A stretch of 64,000 bases of DNA, from the NCBI GenBank assembly GCA_038204425.1, contig JBBRCZ010000011.1, positions 36,309 to 100,308 of the forward strand. Reading direction: 5' to 3'. The stretch is from Spirochaetia bacterium (lineage in GTDB: Bacteria > Spirochaetota > Spirochaetia > DSM-27196 > Salinispiraceae). Below, in pieces: positions 1 to 9,911 of the stretch. A program made the translations under genes and the position numbers. Numbering within the stretch: position 1 is the stretch's first letter; every line of letters starts with the position of its first letter. Below the pieces are notes generated by a model. That model had not been told where the DNA came from and did no database searches. It was given only the letters and a program-made list of their open reading frames with translations.

Positions 1-139
1 CTGCTTTCTTAGGCAAGACCCGGCCAGAGAATCTATGGACAGCTTCTTGCATCTTTACGATCTAGCGTCTACGTGCTAAACTTTGCCAGTTTACAAAGCA
101 AGTTGGTATATTCTATAGAGGGAGGATCAAAAGACAACT

Positions 140-202
140 ATGCCAGATGGCAGTTTATGCGAACAACGCATTTTTACTTACCCTCCCTTGTTACTTACTT
201 AA
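140..202 (+). other. Candidate 20-aa leader peptide (MPDGSLCEQRIFTYPPLLLT) upstream of corA
   Basis: ATG140..TAA202 read by hand; GGAGG at 121-125; Pro-Pro codons CCTCCC are complementary to GGGAGG in the downstream hairpin region. Confidence 0.35.
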
Positions 203-283
203 GCCCAGTGGCCAACAGGTCTCAACTGCTTATGATAGCGTACCTGTAGAGGGGAGGATCAACCTTTACTACAGGAGCCCTTG

Positions 284-1213
284 ATGATTACACTACTCAA
301 AGATAATGGCCGGGGCTTTTACCCGGTAGAAGACTTACAAGATGGCGTCTGGGTTCGAGTGATCGATCCGGGTTCTGATGAACAAGAGGACCTTAAAGAA
401 CGGTTTCAGCTTGATGACGACGTTTTGTCTGACATGCTTGATGCCGATGAGCAATCGCGCATAGAAAAAGAAGACGATGGTCTGACGTGCATCATTCGCT
501 TACCCATATTTGCCCCTGATCGAGAGGTTCCCTACTTCACGGTGCCATTTGGTATCATTGTGCGTACTGGCGTGGTGATAACCGTAAGCCTTTTTGACAA
601 TCCCATCGCCCAGGACATGCTGCATAGACGCATCCGGGGAATAGATCTCTTTAAGCCACATAACTTGATTCTCAATACAATCTTGCGTTCTGCTTTGTAT
701 TACATGCGCTACCTCAAGGACATAAATCGTCGAACCACCACCATAGAACGTGACCTGCACGGCTCGGTCAAGAACGCAGATTTGACTCAACTGTTACATT
801 TCCAAAAATCATTTGTCTTCTTCAATACCAGCTTGAGGTCCAATGAGCTTTTGTTAGAAAAGATCAATAAACTTTCGGCCTGGCAACTTAATGAGGACGA
901 ACAGGAAACACTTGAAGATGCCAGAATAGAACTCAAACAAGCTATTGAAATGGCTAAGATTTATTCCAATATTCTTTCTGGCATGGTTGATACCTTTTCT
1001 TCGGTGGTGGCTAACAATCTCAACCAGGTGATGAAGCGTCTAACGCTGGTTAACCTGACGCTGATGATTCCCACTCTCTTGGCCAGCCTCTACGGCATGA
1101 ACGTTACCTTGCCTTTTCAGGAACAAAGCTGGGCATTCTGGGGGATTTTGGCCGTGGCCGTCACGATATCGATCAGTGCCTGGGTTATCTTTAGGGTCAA
1201 AAAACTGTTCTAA
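284..1213 (+). CDS. corA: CorA-family Mg2+/Co2+ transporter
   Basis: C-terminal two TM helices with YGMN motif; AGGAG RBS at 273-277. Confidence 0.93.
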   Translation: MITLLKDNGRGFYPVEDLQDGVWVRVIDPGSDEQEDLKERFQLDDDVLSDMLDADEQSRIEKEDDGLTCIIRLPIFAPDREVPYFTVPFGIIVRTGVVITVSLFDNPIAQDMLHRRIRGIDLFKPHNLILNTILRSALYYMRYLKDINRRTTTIERDLHGSVKNADLTQLLHFQKSFVFFNTSLRSNELLLEKINKLSAWQLNEDEQETLEDARIELKQAIEMAKIYSNILSGMVDTFSSVVANNLNQVMKRLTLVNLTLMIPTLLASLYGMNVTLPFQEQSWAFWGILAVAVTISISAWVIFRVKKLF

Positions 1214-1254
1214 ATCTGCGCACTAAGACAGTCTGTGAACTATAATGGAGCAAG

Positions 1255-2544
1255 ATGATGAAGTCCAAAGCTGAAAATCTCGTGTTTCCCAAAGAATTTT
1301 TATGCGGTCTTGCTAGCTCAGCCACACAGATAGAAGGTGGCTGCCAAGGCCATGTTTGGTACCGTTGGAGCCAAGAAAATCACATCAAAGACCACTCAAG
1401 CAGCCTGCGGGCTGGCCAACACTGGCAACGCGTTGACCAAGATTTGCAGCTTTTGAGTCAGCTTGGAGTACAGACCTATAGGATGGGCCTAGAATGGGCG
1501 CGGATCCAGCCAAGTGCCTCGAGCTTTGATGAACAAGCTCTGGTTGTATACCGAACTGAGATCTTAAAACTGAAGGCCTTGGGTATCAAACCCCTGCTTA
1601 CCTTGTTTCATTTTAACAATCCATTGTGGTTTGAAGACTCAGGCGGTTGGATGAGAGCAGACGCCGCTACGGTGTGGTTGGGTTTTGTTGACTTTGTAGT
1701 AGAAGGGCTTGGTGATCTAGTGAGCGACTGGATTACCATAAACGAGCCCAATGTCTATCTGTATAAGAGCTTTCTTGACGGAGAGTGGCCACCCGGCGAG
1801 CGTTCATTGCTCAAGTACTTACGCGGCGGCCGTCAAATCATCAAAGCACACCGTCTGGCCTACAACTTGATTCATCGCAAAAGAAAAGAAAAACTGTGGG
1901 ACCGAGACCAAGCTACCTTAGTTGGCGTAGCTCACCACCTGCGTATTTTTGATCCGTTACACAAATGGAATCTTGTGCTTAGAGTGCTAAGTGCAGCCGT
2001 CCGTTATTTGATCCAAGATTGGTTTTTGTATGCTATGACGGGGCCCAAGACTAAGGCTGCACCTCGCAAGTGGGCCGACTTCATTGGCATAAACTATTAC
2101 ACCCGCGACATGATGAGCATGAGTTTTAATGCCTCAAGCCTTTTTACGCGACAAACGGTTAAAAAAGCAGCCTTGGTCAATGACCTAGGGTGGGAGATCT
2201 ATCCAGAAGGTCTTTATCGCCTAGTTAAGAAACAATGGAAGGCTTTTGGCTTGCCAATTTGGATAACTGAAAACGGCGTTTGCGACCGAAGTGACGCTTT
2301 GCGCACTAGCTTTATAGCCGACCATCTGGCCTACCTTTTGGCGGCAATTGAGACGGGTGTCAAAGTGGAACGTTACTACCATTGGACCCTATATGATAAT
2401 TTTGAATGGACAGAAGGTGAGGCCGCGCCGTTTGGCCTCTTTGCGCTAGATTTTGAAACCCAAGAGCGCACAATGAGACCATCCGGGCAACTCTATGCAC
2501 AATGGGCACGCAGCAAGATTTGGAAAGGCGTCGGCCAACAATGA
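1255..2544 (+). CDS. Glycoside hydrolase family 1 (beta-glucosidase-like)
   Basis: SATQIEG, TINEP (acid/base), ITENG (nucleophile), DNFEW motifs. Confidence 0.93.
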   Translation: MMKSKAENLVFPKEFLCGLASSATQIEGGCQGHVWYRWSQENHIKDHSSSLRAGQHWQRVDQDLQLLSQLGVQTYRMGLEWARIQPSASSFDEQALVVYRTEILKLKALGIKPLLTLFHFNNPLWFEDSGGWMRADAATVWLGFVDFVVEGLGDLVSDWITINEPNVYLYKSFLDGEWPPGERSLLKYLRGGRQIIKAHRLAYNLIHRKRKEKLWDRDQATLVGVAHHLRIFDPLHKWNLVLRVLSAAVRYLIQDWFLYAMTGPKTKAAPRKWADFIGINYYTRDMMSMSFNASSLFTRQTVKKAALVNDLGWEIYPEGLYRLVKKQWKAFGLPIWITENGVCDRSDALRTSFIADHLAYLLAAIETGVKVERYYHWTLYDNFEWTEGEAAPFGLFALDFETQERTMRPSGQLYAQWARSKIWKGVGQQ

Positions 2545-3284
2545 AAGTGGCAGCCATCAAAATCTTGGTTGTTGAGGACGAATTTATCATCGCCAGCAAC
2601 ATTCAACGGATGCTCGAACGAATGAAGTATTATGTTACCGATATTTGCTCCCGTTCTAACGATGTTTTGCCATCGGTGCAGAACGAACGCCCCGACGTGG
2701 TTCTGATGGATATTAGAATTGATGGTGACGAGGACGGTGTAAGCCTAGCCGAAAAGCTGCGCGACTTGTACAATCTGCCAGTAGTCTATCTGTCTGGCCT
2801 GATGGATGATCAAACGCTCGAGCGAGCTAAGATTACTCAACCCTTTGGTTACATCGCCAAGCCGTTTTCGCAACGTGAGTTGGAAGTAACCCTAGAGATT
2901 GCACTCTACAAGGCCGAGATGGAACGCAAGCTCAGTGAACAAGAAATCCATATCCAAGCCATCGTGGATGGTTTTCCGCAAGGATTCTGTCTGGTTGATC
3001 AAATGGGCCGCTTCCGCTACGTTAATCGCCATTTAACCACGCTAATTGGCAGGCCAGTTGGAGAGCTGCAGGGTTTAGTAGCGGGGACAATCATAGAACT
3101 ACCAAACGAAAGTCAAAACACTCTATATGCCGCTTGGCGACAGGGTGAAGCTTTTGAAACAAGGCTCAAGTGTGCGCAAGACTGGAAGACGGTAGTGGTT
3201 AGTGCTCGCCACCTTGACGACAGTGATGGGTCGCGGGGTAGTTTTTTGAGTGTCACAGACCCCTCACACATCGTGAGAGCATAA
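2541..3284 (+). CDS. Response regulator, REC plus PAS-like domain
   Basis: ILVVEDE, VLMDI, GYIAKPF; start at ATG2541 overlaps the GH1 stop (ATGA). Confidence 0.88.
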   Translation: MKVAAIKILVVEDEFIIASNIQRMLERMKYYVTDICSRSNDVLPSVQNERPDVVLMDIRIDGDEDGVSLAEKLRDLYNLPVVYLSGLMDDQTLERAKITQPFGYIAKPFSQRELEVTLEIALYKAEMERKLSEQEIHIQAIVDGFPQGFCLVDQMGRFRYVNRHLTTLIGRPVGELQGLVAGTIIELPNESQNTLYAAWRQGEAFETRLKCAQDWKTVVVSARHLDDSDGSRGSFLSVTDPSHIVRA

Positions 3285-3323
3285 AATTTTGCACAAAAAA
3301 TATCTGACTTGGGAGTTGTTTGC

Positions 3324-4577
3324 ATGATCAAGATTCGTCTGCCGCTTCCATCGAGGACTCAGTTGGAGCAAGACTTTGGCGCTCATGTGCAAACTCTCGA
3401 GCATCTGGCCTTTGAGCTACACAAAAGGATCAAACATTTGCTTTCTGACTCGGGTATTCAGGTTTCGATAAAGTATCGCGTCAAAAGCTTTGAATCCTAC
3501 TACAAAAAAATTCTGCGACGGGTGAGTTCGCCACCCAGCGAAAATGACTGGTTTAGCATTACTGACTTGCTTGGAATAAGGCTTGTTTGTCCCTTTATTG
3601 CTGACATCCCCGTTGCCGAAAAAATATTGACTTCCAACTTTGAGGTAATCGAGCATGTCCGTAAGGGCGCTGAGTTTAGCTTTAAGGAATTTGGTTACGA
3701 GTCTTTGCATTATCTGATTACCCTTCCTCAGGACATCTCAGAGGGCTTTTTGCTACCAGATGGTTTGGTCTGCGAAGTTCAAATGCGCACCATCTTGCAG
3801 GACGCCTGGGCAGAAGTTGAGCATGAACTAGTCTACAAAAGTGACTATACGCCCTTTGATGAGTCACTACGGCGCAAGCTCGCTGCCTTAAACGCCAATC
3901 TTTCCTTGGCAGACATGGTGTTTCACGAGATTCGCGAGTATCAACGAGAGTTACAGCGTCAGCTCAAGAAACGGCGCAATGATTTTTGGGATCTGGTTCG
4001 GCATAGTGAAAACGAACAAAAAGGAAAAGACCAAGTTCCGCTTCAATTGATGCGGCATGATGAAGATGGCCCCCAACTGAGTCAAGTTGCCATGGGGCAT
4101 GTGGACGTGGTTGATGGTCATTTACTGGGTGCCTTGTACGCTCACAACAATCATCGTTATGAAGAAGCGCTCGAACGTTACACTACCATTCTCAAGCTCA
4201 ATCCAAGACCGGCTGTTAAGACCATAGTTTTAGTGCATCGTGGTATGGTGGCTTTTGCTCTGGGTGATTATGTTGATGCGATTCAAGATTTTGGACGCAG
4301 TCTCGATGGAGAAGGAGACCACCGCAAGGCCTACTACTACCGTGCTGTTGCGCATCGCCAAATGGGCGCCTTTACCGAAGCTCTCGATGACCTCAATCAG
4401 TGTTTGGCGATTGATCCTTATCAAGCCGAAGCCCTGCTCAGCCGCGGTCAAACCCTAGTCAAACTGGGTGACTACTCAGCTGCCTTACAAGACGTTGATG
4501 CTGCAATCGCACTCAGGCCTTCAGATGAAGAAGCCCATAGATTTAGAGATCTAATAACCAACAAGCTCGGTGTTTAG
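3324..4577 (+). CDS. RelA/SpoT-type (p)ppGpp synthetase domain fused to TPR repeats
   Basis: RVKS, DLLGIR, GYESLH, EVQMRTILQDAWAEVEH motifs; C-terminal TPRs. Confidence 0.9.
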   Translation: MIKIRLPLPSRTQLEQDFGAHVQTLEHLAFELHKRIKHLLSDSGIQVSIKYRVKSFESYYKKILRRVSSPPSENDWFSITDLLGIRLVCPFIADIPVAEKILTSNFEVIEHVRKGAEFSFKEFGYESLHYLITLPQDISEGFLLPDGLVCEVQMRTILQDAWAEVEHELVYKSDYTPFDESLRRKLAALNANLSLADMVFHEIREYQRELQRQLKKRRNDFWDLVRHSENEQKGKDQVPLQLMRHDEDGPQLSQVAMGHVDVVDGHLLGALYAHNNHRYEEALERYTTILKLNPRPAVKTIVLVHRGMVAFALGDYVDAIQDFGRSLDGEGDHRKAYYYRAVAHRQMGAFTEALDDLNQCLAIDPYQAEALLSRGQTLVKLGDYSAALQDVDAAIALRPSDEEAHRFRDLITNKLGV

Positions 4578-6001
4578 GGTAGGATTTCGAGTGAAAAGCG
4601 GGATCTAAGCGCAGTCCAGAGTTGGTCTACGGGGAAGTAGCGATTGCGACCTATCATCGAAACACCGTCGCCATAGCGCGCACTATTGTAACCCCAGTCT
4701 GAGGGAATTGAATCATAGACGATGAAATATTTTCTATCCAAACTATATCCTTTTATAGCAATATAGTGGCCACCTTTGTCTTTGTAGTGTTGGCCAATTA
4801 GATCTTTCTGTGGATTCTGAGCCATTGCAACCCCGGCCATATCGTAACTTACCGCCAGCAAGTGGCCTCTATCAATTACATCAAAAATATCAGCAGGGGA
4901 GTTAAGGGTACGTTGTTGCCAAGAAACGCCATAGTAGTCGAGGGAATTTTGCATATCCTTAATCGTGATGGCACCAATGCCTTGCCAGCCTATTAATTGA
5001 CGGACGTCAATCACTTGCGTTTGAGTTCCCTTTGCCCAGCGAATCGCCATAGCGGTGACCGAGGGGCCACAATTAGAAGTGGTTTTAGTATTATATTGAG
5101 TCAGGTACCAATTGATGTCTGGCCTGTCAACGTGTTTGCTTGGTACTGGACTAACGAACACGTGGTACTCACGACCGATCTCATTTACAATCAACATAAA
5201 GCCCGCAAGTTTTGCTTGCCAAACGTGGTAAGTGCCTACGGTGCCTTTGCTCTCAAGACTTTGCTCAAGTCCATCCGAACCCTTAAAGGTCTTTATCTCG
5301 CCTTCGATAGTAAACATGCCACCAATAGAAGGCACATTTAGATAGATGCTGCCCGGCGTATCTTCCTTGCCTCGCCCAAAGTCAGAAATAGGCAAGGATT
5401 CTTGAGACGGGCCAGAAGCACGCAAAGCAAGGCTGACTGCTTCCATTTCAGTGTTTGAAGAGGCAAGTGAAGCTGTGTTGGACTTGGAAGAACCCGAAGC
5501 TTTTTTGTCGGACCCAGAATAAGCTGATCGCCGCACAGTTGAGGATAATTTGCTTTCTTTGCCGATACGCATTCCAGACACGCTATACACAGTTTCCAAA
5601 GGGGTGGAACTGGTCTCCACATTGCTTAAACCCTGGAACTCAACGTTGCCATTGCGGCTACCTTCGAGCTGTACGACATAGTTTCCACCTTGTAAGTAAA
5701 CGCCAAATACCGTGTGACCACTGGCTAGTTGTCCGTTGCCTAAGTTCCACAAGTAATTAATACCTGCTTGCGGGTCGACAGAAAATTGAACAATTGAATG
5801 AGCACCATCAAACCACTGGGTGGTTTTGATAGGCAAGTGACTCGCTTCAACGGCGCCAATACGAAGGTTGGGGTTTTCTAAGACACTTTGGCGCGCGCCA
5901 TATTCGTAGAACAAGCCTATACCAAGTGAAAAAGCGATAAGGGCTGTCCAAAGACAAACTCCTGCCACCATTGCATACTTAATTTTGCTTGCTCTGCTCA
6001 T
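4574..6001 (-). CDS. Membrane-anchored PKD-domain protein with C39-like cysteine peptidase domain
   Basis: N-terminal TM, YLWNLGNG PKD-like motif, NCGP...GGHY...YDS putative Cys-His-Asp triad. Confidence 0.7.
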   Translation of the reverse strand: MSRASKIKYAMVAGVCLWTALIAFSLGIGLFYEYGARQSVLENPNLRIGAVEASHLPIKTTQWFDGAHSIVQFSVDPQAGINYLWNLGNGQLASGHTVFGVYLQGGNYVVQLEGSRNGNVEFQGLSNVETSSTPLETVYSVSGMRIGKESKLSSTVRRSAYSGSDKKASGSSKSNTASLASSNTEMEAVSLALRASGPSQESLPISDFGRGKEDTPGSIYLNVPSIGGMFTIEGEIKTFKGSDGLEQSLESKGTVGTYHVWQAKLAGFMLIVNEIGREYHVFVSPVPSKHVDRPDINWYLTQYNTKTTSNCGPSVTAMAIRWAKGTQTQVIDVRQLIGWQGIGAITIKDMQNSLDYYGVSWQQRTLNSPADIFDVIDRGHLLAVSYDMAGVAMAQNPQKDLIGQHYKDKGGHYIAIKGYSLDRKYFIVYDSIPSDWGYNSARYGDGVSMIGRNRYFPVDQLWTALRSRFSLEILP

Positions 6002-6051
6002 GCCGGCATTTTACGCCATATTGTCTATAGTGACAAGGAGATAAGTAAAGG

Positions 6052-6699
6052 CTAAAGCGGAGGTTTTTTACGATCTTTGCCTGGAAATTCAATAATTTTA
6101 GCTTTTCTGGACGATGTTGTGCTTGATTTTCCTGGTCGTTGATCTTTTGAGGCTGATTCGTTGCTATTTTGATCACCGTCTTGGCCCACATAAAAAGGGC
6201 GTTCGACTACAAAGTCAGGTTGTAAGCGCAGATTGTTGATGCCGTTTTCGGCAAAGTCTTCAAAATACTGGTTGATGTTGTCAAAATAGATTTTGTCTTT
6301 TTCTGATTCTGGTAGCCAGTTCCATTGTGCCTCGCTGCGTTGTTCGGCGATATCACGCATTGCCATTCTGTCTTCGAGCAGCTCCCAAAAGCTATATTCT
6401 TCGTACCATTCAACTATGCTGGCAAGTTCTTCTTCAATTTCTGGTTTGAGGATACCGGGTAGTTCACTTGCGAACATCGATTCTTCGGTATCGTTTTTTG
6501 CTGGCCCACTTAGTGCGTTGGGTCCGAGCGCATCAGCAGCACCAAACTCTTCCGCCATTGCGTATAACTGACTAGAAAGTTCGTGAATTCCGATTACGGA
6601 TTCTCCCTCATGTAGCTCGCTGCCGGCGCAGATGCGCTGTGATAGCCAAGCCATGCGTAACAGGGCTTTGTACTGGCGAGGTGTTAGTCTGAGTGTCAT
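6052..6699 (-). CDS. Hypothetical acidic protein
   Basis: 215-aa ORF overlapping the FTR stop, in an operon. Confidence 0.7.
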   Translation of the reverse strand: MTLRLTPRQYKALLRMAWLSQRICAGSELHEGESVIGIHELSSQLYAMAEEFGAADALGPNALSGPAKNDTEESMFASELPGILKPEIEEELASIVEWYEEYSFWELLEDRMAMRDIAEQRSEAQWNWLPESEKDKIYFDNINQYFEDFAENGINNLRLQPDFVVERPFYVGQDGDQNSNESASKDQRPGKSSTTSSRKAKIIEFPGKDRKKPPL

Positions 6700-7052
6700 T
6701 GGTCTTGTTTCTCCACAGGTCTTCTTTCTGGTATGTCTTTGGGACTATCACCTATTCGTAACTCTTCTAAACGAGACTCGCTAACAAAGAGGCAGCAGAA
6801 GCACTGGCCATGTTCGTCTATATCGGCCTGGGCATAGGCACATGGGCAGACAATATCACTATCTGCCTTGCGGTCACCATCGCCATCTCGACAAGGACAC
6901 TGGAAAAAACCAAAGCGGTTATAGTTGGTACTCAGACCATTGACTATCAATTGCGTAAAATCAGAGTCAGGGTTTCTATGCCAAGAACGATGCTTGCAAA
7001 CTGCCGTGACAAATTGATCGACGTCGCTCGGTTCTTTATGCTTGGCGTTCAT
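6696..7052 (-). CDS. Ferredoxin:thioredoxin reductase catalytic subunit-like
   Basis: CPC...CPC...CFC cysteine pattern, IPERRP tail. Confidence 0.9.
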   Translation of the reverse strand: MNAKHKEPSDVDQFVTAVCKHRSWHRNPDSDFTQLIVNGLSTNYNRFGFFQCPCRDGDGDRKADSDIVCPCAYAQADIDEHGQCFCCLFVSESRLEELRIGDSPKDIPERRPVEKQDQ

Positions 7053-7369
7053 TGTTGGCTCAGGAAAGCTTGGTATTTTTCTTCGGAAAAGCCCGAGACC
7101 GACTTGGTTCCATTGAGTACCAGCAAGGGAAATACTGGGATATTGCCAAACGAAGCCTTTAGCTCCACCTTGAGCGCTTTTTTGGTTTCTAGTTCCATGT
7201 CGTCAAGAAAGATGTAGCTAAAGCTTAGCTTAGCTTTTTTGAGGTAGTCCTGTGCCTTTTCACAAAAAGCGCAGGTAGAAAGTGCATAAAGTGTCAGTTG
7301 GCGCCCTGCGTTTTGCTCATCTGCTTCGGCACTTATTACATGGTAGTCGACAGTATCAATTAGGCTCAT
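7049..7369 (-). CDS. Glutaredoxin-family protein
   Basis: LYALSTCAFC active site, FP cis-Pro, next to FTR. Confidence 0.88.
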   Translation of the reverse strand: MSLIDTVDYHVISAEADEQNAGRQLTLYALSTCAFCEKAQDYLKKAKLSFSYIFLDDMELETKKALKVELKASFGNIPVFPLLVLNGTKSVSGFSEEKYQAFLSQQ

Positions 7370-8190
7370 GACACCTCCTCGTTCTCCAGATCATCGGGTC
7401 CAAGTCTATCGAGTTCGCCAAGAATTTGCTGCAGTCGGTCTTGTAAACTGTTGAGAGTCTTTTCGATGCGACGTTTTTCGCTGGACAGCTTTTTGCGCGG
7501 ATTTACGTCTTTAACTGAGGGACGTGTTTGCAATTGATGCTTTATTTGGTCGGCTGTTTGGCCAAGCTTAAATGCTTGTGTGGCTTCTGCGCGGGCCAGA
7601 TTGTTTCTAATGCCGGCCAACGTTTTCATGTTTTCATAGCCGAGCTCTGGCGGCAGGTCAAGCGCCGTAATTTTCATGAGCGTGCTGGCGGTTTGTTTTG
7701 GCATGCGAAGTGCGCGTTCGATAAAGTCTTCAAAACGAGCATTGTGCTTGCGACAGAGCTTTTCGGCCTCCATCAGGCTGTGACCAAAGTCCTTCATCAG
7801 TTCACCATTTACCTTCATAAAATTTTCGCGAACATCTTGAGCCAAACTGCGTAGTTCGGCGACTGCATCCACCACGTTTAAATATACACCCTTTTGCTCG
7901 GCTATTTGCAATAGTTCATGAAATATACTACGAAACTCCACGGTATGAGCCCGGTTAGAGACTGGCTTGCCGGTTCGATATTGATGGACGTGATGTGCAA
8001 ACTCGTGAATGGCGGTGTACATCAGTTCGTTATCATTGTCAAAATTTCTATTGTGAATAATGATTTCGCGGGTTTCTGCGTGATAAAGCCCATTTACCTT
8101 CTTGCTTTGCTTGCCCGAAAAAATGAGTGAAAATTCCTCAATGTCTTCCTGCAGGATTAGTAGTTTTTCTTTAATTTGTTCTTGATTCAT
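7366..8190 (-). CDS. SprT-like HEXXH metalloprotease-domain protein with coiled-coil tail
   Basis: HEFAHH followed by HTVEF; start at ATG8190 below a -35/-10 pair. Confidence 0.65.
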   Translation of the reverse strand: MNQEQIKEKLLILQEDIEEFSLIFSGKQSKKVNGLYHAETREIIIHNRNFDNDNELMYTAIHEFAHHVHQYRTGKPVSNRAHTVEFRSIFHELLQIAEQKGVYLNVVDAVAELRSLAQDVRENFMKVNGELMKDFGHSLMEAEKLCRKHNARFEDFIERALRMPKQTASTLMKITALDLPPELGYENMKTLAGIRNNLARAEATQAFKLGQTADQIKHQLQTRPSVKDVNPRKKLSSEKRRIEKTLNSLQDRLQQILGELDRLGPDDLENEEVS

Positions 8191-8346
8191 GGATTGATAG
8201 TATCCAAGCACTGAGGTCTGAGCAAGACGCTGCCACTAAGCTTGTGGGCAAAATCTCCGCAAAATATACTGCACTTTTTTAACTTATTATAAACTTGCCT
8301 TAGTTATTGATTAATATTACCTTATTGATGACATTGGAGGTTATGT

Positions 8347-9756
8347 ATGTCAAGAGTTAATAATTCACCAAATCTGAGGGTTTTTTTGGTCCTGCTGACT
8401 ATGTCTGCGGGTGTTTTCCTTGTGGGCTGTACGCTTACCTTGCCGAGTGAGGCCAGCTTGGATTTTGATCCGCAGAGCTTCCAAGAGGCGCTTGCCTCAC
8501 GAAAGGTGAAAGCTGAAGAAGTGGATGTGGCCACCGTGCGAGCAATTCACCATGGTAGAGTGATCTCTTCGGCCACTTTTCGTTTGTCTGATGGCGCTGT
8601 CAATTTAGAAGTGCCGACCGGCCTCGAGCTTGAGTTCGTACTCGAAGCAAAACTAAAAAAAACCGCAGATGGCATATCTAGCTGGGGATTTCACAATATT
8701 GTGTATCTACCAAATACTACAGAACGATTCAAACTTGATGCGCCACTAAGGCCGTTGACAAGTTATGTTGTGGTGCCTAAACAAGGTAGTTACCTCGTCT
8801 TTGACAAGTCTAATTCCGATCCAGACGCGTTAAAAAGTAGTGAGAATGGTCCCTTTGCGACCCCGATTGGCTACGATAAGTCGGCGCGCTTGCTTTCGTA
8901 TATGGTAAAGCCTGGCAACAATCAGACCGTTGACTACCAGTACCTTGTTCCTGCAGTAAAAAAGCCCCTTACCGTTGCACTCCCGAATGCTCCAGCCACA
9001 CAGTTGAGTATTCCAATCAATTCTTCACCTTCTTGGGACTTTAGCTCTTGGTTTGTTCTACAAAATAACAATGGCACCGTGTCTTTGTTAGAAACACCGC
9101 GCAACAATGCAAGCGGTCTACCAAGTAATGTTTCTAATTCGCTTGTTAACTCGAGAAACGAGCCATTTAATCTTGAAATTGTAGTGCCTAGCGCCGGTGG
9201 TGTTACGGTTGTGCCTGATTTGTCAGCTATGGTTGGTGACAGCGAGGGCTTTTGGTACCTTTCAGGGCGCTACAACTACACCGGGCAGAATCACAAGCTC
9301 AATTTTGGCTTTGTATTAAAGTTGGAGGTAGTGCCAAGTGCGGGCAATAGCCTTGCTGCAAAATGGCGAGTGATCGATAGCTACCCAGAAAGCGTGCGAT
9401 TTACTTATGATGCTCAACGACCCTATAGCAATGACATTCGCGCCAAAGATCTGCTGGTCAGAGGACCTTATCTTTATGTTTTGGATGCAGGAGTGGCAAG
9501 TTTATTTCCACTCCCAGTACGAGCTGCCAAACCTTTGCTGTATAGACTAGACAGAAAGTCTCTTAATCTAGATAGAACTAGTGAAAACTATAGTGCGGTG
9601 GTTAAGTCTCCGCAACGTTTTGTTAATCAGCATGGCTGGCTATTGACCGTTGAGTCAGTGTCTAAGCAAGACGACAATGGCAATATTTTTCAAGTTGGTT
9701 TTGACCTCGTAACTGATGCAGTTTGGTACGATTATGAAGTGCCTGACAATGACTAA
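8347..9756 (+). CDS. Lipoprotein of unknown function, paralog 1
   Basis: Signal ending LVGC; shared SWGFH, SPSWDFSSW, YLYVLDAG motifs with the next two genes; GGAGG RBS. Confidence 0.85.
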   Translation: MSRVNNSPNLRVFLVLLTMSAGVFLVGCTLTLPSEASLDFDPQSFQEALASRKVKAEEVDVATVRAIHHGRVISSATFRLSDGAVNLEVPTGLELEFVLEAKLKKTADGISSWGFHNIVYLPNTTERFKLDAPLRPLTSYVVVPKQGSYLVFDKSNSDPDALKSSENGPFATPIGYDKSARLLSYMVKPGNNQTVDYQYLVPAVKKPLTVALPNAPATQLSIPINSSPSWDFSSWFVLQNNNGTVSLLETPRNNASGLPSNVSNSLVNSRNEPFNLEIVVPSAGGVTVVPDLSAMVGDSEGFWYLSGRYNYTGQNHKLNFGFVLKLEVVPSAGNSLAAKWRVIDSYPESVRFTYDAQRPYSNDIRAKDLLVRGPYLYVLDAGVASLFPLPVRAAKPLLYRLDRKSLNLDRTSENYSAVVKSPQRFVNQHGWLLTVESVSKQDDNGNIFQVGFDLVTDAVWYDYEVPDND

Positions 9757-9911
9757 CTGTTGAACTAACTGAAAAACTGGTTGTTGATAGCTCTGCTGCT
9801 TGGCAGCAGAGCTTGTTTGTAACAAGCAAACTAAGCTGCTCATTTAACTTTACCTAGTCTTGCCTTTTCTGGCGTTTAACGTTACTCTATTGCTGACAAA
9901 GGAGGTAATGT

